The notes under the pieces: model-generated
What the model saw: the letters and a program-made list of their open reading frames with translations, nothing else
Told to the model about the DNA's origin: nothing
The model's database searches: none
Part shown: positions 47,757 to 54,819 of the stretch, one piece after another
How the letters are laid out: each line of letters opens with the position of its first letter
Numbering within the stretch: the first letter of the stretch is position 1
Program-made: the position numbers and the translations under genes
IMG/VR virus record: IMGVR_UViG_3300023213_000324
Location: 1 to 57,841 of that record
Source of the DNA: a virus
Lineage: Duplodnaviria > Caudoviricetes
Reading direction: 5' to 3' (one strand)
DNA length: 57,841 nucleotides

Positions 47757-47803
47757 TTGACATGAAAATAGGTTTAACCTATAATTATTCGTGTACGGGA
47801 TAC
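47757..47803 (+). promoter_or_regulatory. Consensus sigma70 promoter P1 with TGTACGGGATAC leader
   Basis: TTGACA 47757-62, 17 nt, TATAAT 47780-85. Confidence 0.85.
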
Positions 47804-47883
47804 CGCCTTTAGTAGTTAGAGTAGGCTGTTATTGGTATCCCATAGGGCTGCTCCAAAACGGGCAGCCCTATATCCTTTAAAAG

Positions 47884-48075
47884 GAAAGGAAAATAGACCG
47901 ATGGAAAAAGTATTTTGTGACATATGCAGTAAAGAAATGAAGGATAGAAATACGGTTGAAGTCTACGATGCCGAGAAAGATGATATGTCTTTGGCCTTTG
48001 ATGTTTGTAAACCTTGTGAGAACAAAGTTGTTAAGGCATTGAATGCTTTGAAAAAATCTGTAAAGTAGGAAGGAC
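47884..48075 (+). repeat. 192-bp exact repeat, copy 2
   Basis: Identical to 20804-20995. Confidence 0.95.
47901..48068 (+). CDS. Small Zn-finger protein, copy 2
   Basis: Identical to 20821-20988. Confidence 0.75.
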   Translation: MEKVFCDICSKEMKDRNTVEVYDAEKDDMSLAFDVCKPCENKVVKALNALKKSVK

Positions 48076-48142
48076 GAAAAGTAGTTAAGTAGTTGGGTCA
48101 GTTCAATAGAACGAAAAATTTTGAAAAGAGAGGTAGCGAACG

Positions 48143-49156
48143 ATGTCGAATGAGAAAGAAGTGAAGAATCTAATCGATCCTGAGGCTTTGCCAATCGTCA
48201 GTTCTGGAACGCCGACAGTACAACACAAAGAAGATTTTGAAACTATCGCTCATAACGCTGGTGTGGGTATCGGCGGAGATGATTTGTATGAGCGTTACGG
48301 GAAGTTGGTTTATCTTTTTGACAACAGCGGGTCGATGGACAGCCGGATGCCGATGTCTGATAGTCCATCTTTGTATGAGTGGGATGCAGAGCTTTTGAAA
48401 AAGTTCCGTAAAGCCATGCAAGAGTATCTTGAAGCACAGAAAGATTGTGATGTTGATGAAGGAGAAGAAGATGAGTTCGATGACGTGCTTGATGCCGAGC
48501 CGCTCTTTGACTCCATTCCTTTTGACGATGAAGAACTCAAGCGTCTGATTGTTGATGCTGACCTTGCCGATGAGTTCAAAATCAAACTGCCGAAAACGTA
48601 TAACCCTTACGGCAGTTCCGGTAAGTCGAAGATTCAAGCTGTAAAAGATGCGGCTAGGGGGTTTGTCGAGAATCGATTCGAAAAGTATCCTGATGCCAAT
48701 GTCATGGTTTTTGGTTTTGCCGAATCCGCTTCTGTTTTTGCTCGAGGTGCTGGCAAAGAAGAAGTTCTGAACGGTGTTGAAAGTCTTGATGCTCAGGGCG
48801 GTAATACCAGAATCTTTACTGCCATGAGAACAGTGATTGGTGAGTTCAAGAAACGTCCGTCACAAGTTCGATGCCATCATGTTGTTTTGGTGACTGATGG
48901 GTTCGATAACGATTCAGATCTCATGACGGGTCATCTGTCAAATTTGCAAGAACTGGGAATCGTTGTTGATTTCATCTTTGTAAAGGGGCATGACGATTCA
49001 CAAGACGACAATCGTCTCTACAAAGAAAAGATTGACGCCATCAGGTTGGTTTGCGAAAAGACAGGCGGTGAGTATACCGAAGTCAATACCGTTGATGACT
49101 TCGAAACAAAGTTCCTTGCTGTTTCCAATCGACCAATGCTTCCTTGGAAGGGCTAG
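48143..49156 (+). CDS. von Willebrand factor A domain protein
   Basis: MIDAS DNSGSM...GGNT...LVTDG. Confidence 0.85.
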   Translation: MSNEKEVKNLIDPEALPIVSSGTPTVQHKEDFETIAHNAGVGIGGDDLYERYGKLVYLFDNSGSMDSRMPMSDSPSLYEWDAELLKKFRKAMQEYLEAQKDCDVDEGEEDEFDDVLDAEPLFDSIPFDDEELKRLIVDADLADEFKIKLPKTYNPYGSSGKSKIQAVKDAARGFVENRFEKYPDANVMVFGFAESASVFARGAGKEEVLNGVESLDAQGGNTRIFTAMRTVIGEFKKRPSQVRCHHVVLVTDGFDNDSDLMTGHLSNLQELGIVVDFIFVKGHDDSQDDNRLYKEKIDAIRLVCEKTGGEYTEVNTVDDFETKFLAVSNRPMLPWKG

Positions 49157-49160
49157 TTAG

Positions 49161-49171
49161 TTTTGTATAAT
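49161..49171 (+). promoter_or_regulatory. TTTTGTATAAT promoter-like motif
   Basis: Recurrent motif; upstream of small ORF and array 3. Confidence 0.55.
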
Positions 49172-49185
49172 AAGAGAGACTAGCT

Positions 49186-49384
49186 ATGACGCATACTTTC
49201 AAGAAGGGCGAACAGGTTCTGTGGCGGGAGTGGATTGGTGTAGTCCACTCCCTTAGACCTACAAAGGTGTATGTGTTGTTCTACGGTGGATGATGGCCGA
49301 ACTGTTACAGGAGGCCATTGGCACAAGCCGGAAGAACTTCTAAAGATGGAGGATTTGAAGAAGTACTTCCAATATGCCAATTAG
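49186..49384 (+). pseudogene. Small SH3/Tudor-like ORF apparently split by a 1-nt frameshift
   Basis: MTHTFKKGEQVLWREWIGVV...VLFY then +1 frame VDDGRTVTGGHWHKPEELLK...YAN*. Confidence 0.4.
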
Positions 49385-49584
49385 AGATTCGGCGCATGTG
49401 TGATGTATCGTTGGTGGTAGAAAGATTTGCTGATTTCGTTTGTTTCGTGTCAAGAGAAAGATTTGTGCTTTATGTTTGTTTCGTGTTATAAGAAAGATTC
49501 GTAGACTACGATTAAATGTCGCAACATGTGAAAGATTTGCGCATGCAGTGTTGTACCGAAAAACTTGTAAGACTGTGGAGGTAG
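49383..49584 (+). ncRNA. TIGR-like dual-repeat guide array 3 (~5 units)
   Basis: gtatcg-ttggtggtag-aaagatttg-ctgatttcg-tttgtttcg-tgtcaagag-aaagatttg-tgctttatg-tttgtttcg-tgttataag-aaagattcg-tagactacg; exact 36-nt period in the centre. Confidence 0.85.
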
Positions 49585-49587
49585 CAA

Positions 49588-50700
49588 ATGGCTAGAAGAA
49601 ATAGAACGTCGGCGCCACCAATCCCTAAACCGCCGAAGCCTCAGCGGCCACAAGGCAAGGCTTTACGGGAGCTGTATAAAGGTTTGGTGACGTTGTCTAC
49701 TTCAAATCGCATCAATTCTTTGGCTTCTGCATTGCAGTGGTTCGATTCTGCACAGGTGTGGATGTTGTCTAGAAACAAGGGCCAGCCTCTCGATCCGAAA
49801 ATCGTCAGAGCCATAGAAATTGCTGTAAAGAGTAGAAAGGTCGGGATATCAGCAACTATGGAGGGAGAGAAGGAAACCGCTTTCTTGATGTCCGTACGGA
49901 ACTATGAGAAAGCTTGTAGTATAGTCAAACCTGTTTCAGTAGACAAGTATTATACTGAGCTTGAAGCGAAGAAACAGAAACTCGAACAGCGCCAACAAGT
50001 TGCTGCGAATCAGTACGGAAACCTTTTATCTGAACTGGCTGTTGCTGGCGGTGGCGAAGTACGGATGCTTGTTTTCGATGGGCCCAAGACACGCCAGCTG
50101 GTGCCATCTTCGTTTGAGATTATCTACAATCGTGAAGGCGCCAAACAAGTTGTGGAAACGATAAAGCGTCAGGGTATGCTTTCTGCTTTCGTTGCCGAGC
50201 TCGATATGATGTCTCGTTGCTTGGCTTTCGAATCGAACGGTGTTGGTGGCTTTCAAGTCAACGCTGAGAAGTATATCGCTGCGCAGAGTCGTTTGATGAA
50301 GAACTTCGTCAAACATTATGGAACCATGCCGAACGCCAACCGTTTGGTACGGCCTGGCGCTACGGCTGAACATGGTTTAATACAACAGCCTCAGCCGGCA
50401 TCTACCCAGCCTAAGGCTCCTCGGCAGGGAGCGCCACAGCGGACGCCTATTCGTCGTAGTAGTGCTCCTAAAGTGGCTGGAAGGTATGATGCCGCCTCCA
50501 CTATGGCATTGCTTTACAATAAGCTGAGAGACGGGCATCTCCACAAAATAACCGATATCCTGCAGGGAGTTCCTGCTGCTGACCCAAAGGGTCGTTTGGT
50601 CAATCTCGGGAAAGATGTCAAGCGATTCAATTGGGGTACTTTCGAGTGGTTGGGTGACGGTGTGAGAATGATACTGACACAAGAACAGGCGGCTGTATGA
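49588..50700 (+). CDS. Hypothetical protein with C-terminal putative winged-helix-like domain
   Basis: GGAGG RBS; C-terminus similar to a domain in 56090-56914. Confidence 0.75.
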   Translation: MARRNRTSAPPIPKPPKPQRPQGKALRELYKGLVTLSTSNRINSLASALQWFDSAQVWMLSRNKGQPLDPKIVRAIEIAVKSRKVGISATMEGEKETAFLMSVRNYEKACSIVKPVSVDKYYTELEAKKQKLEQRQQVAANQYGNLLSELAVAGGGEVRMLVFDGPKTRQLVPSSFEIIYNREGAKQVVETIKRQGMLSAFVAELDMMSRCLAFESNGVGGFQVNAEKYIAAQSRLMKNFVKHYGTMPNANRLVRPGATAEHGLIQQPQPASTQPKAPRQGAPQRTPIRRSSAPKVAGRYDAASTMALLYNKLRDGHLHKITDILQGVPAADPKGRLVNLGKDVKRFNWGTFEWLGDGVRMILTQEQAAV

Positions 50701-50957
50701 GTCTCAGACTTTTCAGGTTGTCAAATAAAGCCCGCATGGGTTGTTGGGTGTTTGCTGAGAATGAAGAAGAAGCTAGAGAAATTTTCAAACTCGATGGGCG
50801 GGTTAAGTCTCTAGCAAACATAACTTTTGTACAAGATCAGACTGACTTTTACACACCCACCACAAATCTTTCTGAAGTGACCGAGAAGGGTCCTGCTTGC
50901 ATGAGGATTCCGGGACGTATTTGGGAAGTTTCTTCTCTCTGGAGAAGGGCTGTATGA
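50697..50957 (+). CDS. Hypothetical protein
   Basis: ATGA overlap; VFAENEEEARE motif. Confidence 0.65.
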   Translation: MSLRLFRLSNKARMGCWVFAENEEEAREIFKLDGRVKSLANITFVQDQTDFYTPTTNLSEVTEKGPACMRIPGRIWEVSSLWRRAV

Positions 50958-51169
50958 GCCAAGTAGCCGAAAGCAAACTGTGCCTTGAGACAGGGAAGCA
51001 TCGTCACAAATCTAGGGTTGCAGCACAAGCCCATCTACGTTCTGCGGTGGAACAAAATATTTTGGAAGGTGTAGTTGTTGATAGAGTCGTTTATTCCTGT
51101 AAGTATTGCCTTGGTTGGCATATCGGACGACAGAAGAAAAGTGCTCATAAAAACAAATATCGAGTTTGA
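50954..51169 (+). CDS. Small Zn-binding phage protein
   Basis: C..GKHRH...VYSCKYCLGWHIG. Confidence 0.7.
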   Translation: MSQVAESKLCLETGKHRHKSRVAAQAHLRSAVEQNILEGVVVDRVVYSCKYCLGWHIGRQKKSAHKNKYRV

Positions 51170-51172
51170 TTT

Positions 51173-51272
51173 TGTACGGGATGGGATGACCTAACACACG
51201 GGGAGTTGCTACCTCGCCCTTGTGGACAAGAGATTAGCATCTTTCGTTCTCTCTAGTCTCTTGGTCATCCCT
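51173..51272 (+). ncRNA. Structured leader upstream of the TasA-like gene
   Basis: GGGATGACC/GGTCATCCC closing stem enclosing two hairpins; starts with TGTACGGGAT. Confidence 0.5.
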
Positions 51273-51326
51273 AGAAATTCGGAGAACGTGGGCCAAGTAA
51301 AAATTGAACGAAGGAGATGATAGTAA

Positions 51327-52265
51327 ATGAGAAGCACTACAGTTGCACCGGTTGAAGGTTTCGATCCGGTAAGTAAGTTGACAGCTGACATCAAGAAAGC
51401 GGCTATTACCTTGACCGACAAGGAAGCAAGATTTCTTGTCGACGGGTATTACTCGTTGCAAGGGTACAGAGTCGCATCAGGGAACCAGATTATCGCTCTG
51501 AGGAAATCAAACGAACCGAATGCTGTGTTGCGTTGGTTCAATGAAAACGCCGAGACTCTTGAAATGCAGATGAGGCGTGCTCTTGACGCTTACTCCGAAA
51601 CGAAAGTAGTCGGTCGTTGGTCAAAGTCCATTTGTGGAATAGGGCCAGTGATTTCTGCCGGCTTGCTTGCGCATATTGATATGTATCCTTGGCGTTGTCA
51701 GGTAGCAAAACTCGATCCGAAAGAAGACGCTTGTTCAGAGAAGAAGCCTCACGAAAAAATGGGTTGTGGTAAGCAACCCATTGCAACTGCCGGCCAGATT
51801 TGGCGATTTGCCGGTCTTGATCCTACTGATGTTTGGAACAAGGGTGAGAAACGGCCTTGGAATGCCGCCCTCAAAACTCTCTGTTGGAAGCTGGGAGAGT
51901 CGTTTGTAAAAGTCCACAACAATCCAAATGACTTTTACGGAAAATTGTATACCGCTCGTAAAGAGTGGGAGACTGAGAAGAACAAACGTAAGGAGTATGC
52001 CCACCTAGCTGCTGACAAACTGGCAAAGTTCAAAATCGGAAAGAAGACTGAAGCGTACAAAGCCTATATCGAAGGGTTTCTTCCTGATGGTAGAATCCAT
52101 GAGCGTGCCAAACGATACGCCGTGAAGATTTTTCTATCTCACTGGTTCACGGTTGCCTATGAATCGACTTTCAACAAGCCGGCTCCGACGCCATATGTCA
52201 TTGCCTATCAGGGGCATACGCATATGATTCAAGTCCCGAACTGGCCGATGGTTGAGGAGAAGTAG
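51327..52265 (+). CDS. TasA-like Nop-domain protein (IS110 C-terminal-like, no nuclease domain)
   Basis: RFLVDGYYSLQGYRVASGNQI coil; ICGIGPVISAGLLAHID; TAGQIWRFAGLDP; RPWNAALKTLCW; HERAKRYAVKIFLSH; no DEDD RuvC or HNH; dual-repeat array directly downstream. Confidence 0.8.
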   Translation: MRSTTVAPVEGFDPVSKLTADIKKAAITLTDKEARFLVDGYYSLQGYRVASGNQIIALRKSNEPNAVLRWFNENAETLEMQMRRALDAYSETKVVGRWSKSICGIGPVISAGLLAHIDMYPWRCQVAKLDPKEDACSEKKPHEKMGCGKQPIATAGQIWRFAGLDPTDVWNKGEKRPWNAALKTLCWKLGESFVKVHNNPNDFYGKLYTARKEWETEKNKRKEYAHLAADKLAKFKIGKKTEAYKAYIEGFLPDGRIHERAKRYAVKIFLSHWFTVAYESTFNKPAPTPYVIAYQGHTHMIQVPNWPMVEEK

Positions 52266-52269
52266 AAAA

Positions 52270-52397
52270 CATCATTCGGACGATGTGTGAGTACCGGATA
52301 GTAGAAGTGAATTGTTACTAGGGACTTTGTATCGTTGACATAGAATGAGTTGCAGTTTCAGTTAGTTTCGTTGAAATGGAATGAACAGAGAGGCTAG
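52270..52397 (+). ncRNA. TIGR-like dual-repeat guide array 4 (~3.5 units), adjacent to the TasA-like gene
   Basis: gtaccg-gatagtaga-agtgaattg-ttactaggg-actttgtatcg-ttgacatag-aatgagttg-cagtttcag-ttagtttcg-ttgaaatgg-aatgaacag-agaggctag. Confidence 0.8.
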
Positions 52398-53255
52398 ATG
52401 AAAAGAGCCTTATTCAAGTGCTGTAATCTGATAGGAGACGCTCTGTTTGCGTCCCCTATTCTCCAGCAGTGGCACGAGAAGAATCCTGATTTCGAAATAG
52501 ATCTCTTGACGCTACCTGATCACGTTGCTGAAGTGTATAGACATTTTGGTGTTCCTTTGAACGTATTGTTTGACGCTGACAGTTCAAAGTATGACTTCTA
52601 TCACAATTTCGACATCGGGAAAGCATTTAGCTTGGGTGATGCTAAGAAGCTTCATGCTGTAGAGGCTGTAGGACAGATTCTGTTTGGCCCGGATTACATC
52701 GCTCCAACGTTGAAGCCAATCTTCATTCCCGATGAGGAAGAGCATGAGAAAGATTTGATTCTCATTAGCCCGTTTTCTAGGAGTTGTTCTTCGAACCAGA
52801 AAGATAGCTTAGGTAGGAGTAATCCACCTAACAAAATGATTCAGTGGCCACACTGGCTACAGATAGTAACTCTGCTTAGAGCTTATGGGTCGATTGGTGT
52901 TTTGGGTGGAAAAGATGACCACTGTCCTTTGCCTATCGCCGAAGACGAGTACTATCTGAATCTATCGTTAAATCATGTAGCCTTGTTGCTACGCGATTGT
53001 AGGATGTTTGTTACCATCGATAACGGTATGGCCCATTTAGCTTCGTCTCAGACGACGCCAACGATAGAATTCTATCCTGCCTGCTTGGCGGTTAGGTGGG
53101 CTGCACCGTTGGGCAATCCAAATCTGTACATAGCTCAAGTAGATCCAGCAAACATTTCCGTACCGCAGGCACTCTATGTTGTTAGAAGTGGAATTGAAGC
53201 TTTATTTTTGAGGAGGAAGAAAGATGAAAAAATCTGGCAAGAAGAAGTCCGCTAA
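52398..53255 (+). CDS. GT9-like glycosyltransferase
   Basis: LIGDALFASP; FVTIDNGMAHLAS. Confidence 0.85.
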   Translation: MKRALFKCCNLIGDALFASPILQQWHEKNPDFEIDLLTLPDHVAEVYRHFGVPLNVLFDADSSKYDFYHNFDIGKAFSLGDAKKLHAVEAVGQILFGPDYIAPTLKPIFIPDEEEHEKDLILISPFSRSCSSNQKDSLGRSNPPNKMIQWPHWLQIVTLLRAYGSIGVLGGKDDHCPLPIAEDEYYLNLSLNHVALLLRDCRMFVTIDNGMAHLASSQTTPTIEFYPACLAVRWAAPLGNPNLYIAQVDPANISVPQALYVVRSGIEALFLRRKKDEKIWQEEVR

Positions 53256-53751
53256 AGTGTCGTCTAGAAAAGCGTCAAAACAGAAACAGTCTTCGACGAA
53301 GTTTGCTCAGGTTGGTAGTCCAAAAGAGGTAAAACAAAAAGGTGGCTATCTGGTTCAGATTGAGAACACAACACGTGATGTAAATGGTATTGTGACTTCG
53401 TCTGAGTTTGTCCAATATGTTGGTTCGAAGAGACAGCCGTTGACTTTACAGAAGGCAGAAAATGTACGTGATGGTTTGAAGGCTATAGGTAGTGGTGGTC
53501 GCATACTAAATGTTCCTGAAATGACGGAACATGAGAAGTGGGAATCTCTTGCGACACTGGAAGCCGCTAGTAAAGCTGAGAATATGAGCCAAAACAAGGC
53601 TACTGAGTCAGTCGAGCCTGGCTCCCAAACCCCCCCCCCTCTACGGAGCCGGCCCAACCCCTTAGCCAAGAAAAAAGTACTTGACATCAAAATAGGGGTA
53701 TCCTATAATTATTGCTGTACGGGATACTGCCAATCTAGGGTTCCTGTATAG
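53224..53751 (+). CDS. Basic hypothetical protein (3' end uncertain, runs through promoter P2)
   Basis: GAGGAGG RBS; K/S-rich N-terminus. Confidence 0.55.
   Translation: MKKSGKKKSAKVSSRKASKQKQSSTKFAQVGSPKEVKQKGGYLVQIENTTRDVNGIVTSSEFVQYVGSKRQPLTLQKAENVRDGLKAIGSGGRILNVPEMTEHEKWESLATLEAASKAENMSQNKATESVEPGSQTPPPLRSRPNPLAKKKVLDIKIGVSYNYCCTGYCQSRVPV
53681..53727 (+). promoter_or_regulatory. Consensus sigma70 promoter P2 with TGTACGGGATAC leader
   Basis: TTGACA 53681-86, 17 nt, TATAAT 53704-09; near-identical to P1. Confidence 0.85.
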
Positions 53752-53796
53752 CTGTTTTCGGGGTGGTAGCACACTCATTCAAAAAGGAGAACGAAG

Positions 53797-54012
53797 ATGG
53801 AAAAAGTTACAGTCTCGGTGAACGGAGTTCCGGTGGAAAAGTATTTGGCCGAACAGAAGTCGATTGAAAAGTCGAGAGAGATTTCTCAATTTCTTCGCGA
53901 TGAGTTCAGGTCGATGCACAATTCTTGTCGGCACCATTCGGTTTCTGGTTCTGGTTGCCGTAACACTTCCAAGGTGACAGACGTAGGCAATGGTTCCATT
54001 CGTTGCAAGTAA
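53797..54012 (+). CDS. Hypothetical protein
   Basis: AAGGAG RBS. Confidence 0.65.
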   Translation: MEKVTVSVNGVPVEKYLAEQKSIEKSREISQFLRDEFRSMHNSCRHHSVSGSGCRNTSKVTDVGNGSIRCK

Positions 54013-54082
54013 GTAAAGAGGAATTTGATTTGGGCAGGTAGAGAGCCTGGAATCTCTATCAAAATTGAAAGAGGGACTCGCG

Positions 54083-54604
54083 ATGCAAAATAAATCGAAC
54101 GGCAAAAGGCTGATAAAGCCACTTGACCCATCGATGGTTGTTGAATACACGAAAAAAAATCTTGCCAAAGGACAGCTGGAGAAAGAAGTGAAGGCCCTTC
54201 GCGGTGATATCGTTTTGATGATGAGGGGCAGACATCCCAAGCATCCCAACATCAGATTCGTCAGCCCTGTTAGCTGTATGTATTTGTTGAAGCTCAACTA
54301 TCAGAAACGGTCTCAGATGGAATGGGAGCTGTATGCTGAGAGCTTGTTGCTCATTGTTCTCAAACTGTTTCAATCGAACGGAAAAGGAAGTATTTATTCT
54401 CCTGAAGAAGTAGAAGAGCGAATCAGTAAGTATGCCGACAAGCTTGCGACACAGCCGAAGGAGATGGCGTATCTCCACGAACGGGCTGCTGAAGTTATGG
54501 CCAAGGTGAAAGCTTCTGCTGGTTTCAAGAGAATCCCGATGCTTGAGCCTCCGAGGATTAATCCAAACTATGTTGCGGTAGCTCAAGAGCAGGCGGTGGC
54601 GTGA
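54083..54604 (+). CDS. Hypothetical protein
   Basis: GAGGG RBS. Confidence 0.65.
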   Translation: MQNKSNGKRLIKPLDPSMVVEYTKKNLAKGQLEKEVKALRGDIVLMMRGRHPKHPNIRFVSPVSCMYLLKLNYQKRSQMEWELYAESLLLIVLKLFQSNGKGSIYSPEEVEERISKYADKLATQPKEMAYLHERAAEVMAKVKASAGFKRIPMLEPPRINPNYVAVAQEQAVA

Positions 54605-54819
54605 TGCCTATGTCAAAAAAGCTTGCAGCTGCTGTTGCTGAAATACTTGTTCAAGAGGTTGGTCGCGAGAAAGCCGAGAAACTCATGGATAGACTAGTCG
54701 ACCTAGTCATCATAGAGAAGGCTCCACATTCGCCAAAACAGTCTGTGATAGCCATCAGGAACTACGTTCTATTGTACCTAGCCAGTAGCTTTAAGAAAGG
54801 AGCAGCCGGTGGCAACTAG
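54601..54819 (+). CDS. Hypothetical protein
   Basis: GTGA overlap. Confidence 0.6.
   Translation: MMPMSKKLAAAVAEILVQEVGREKAEKLMDRLVDLVIIEKAPHSPKQSVIAIRNYVLLYLASSFKKGAAGGN

Noticed and set aside
51327-52265. IS110 transposase / insertion sequence
   Set aside because: Lacks the N-terminal DEDD RuvC domain and the catalytic SG of the Tnp domain; single copy with no IS ends seen
53630-53639. Poly-C tract as a phase-variation switch
   Set aside because: The ORF stays open through it (Pro run); no evidence of length variation from one sequence
53964-53974. 11-nt match CACTTCCAAGG to the joined guide ggaagtggg/aagggtacg
   Set aside because: A lone 11-mer match among ~25 guides and several geometries is expected by chance; it falls mid-CDS
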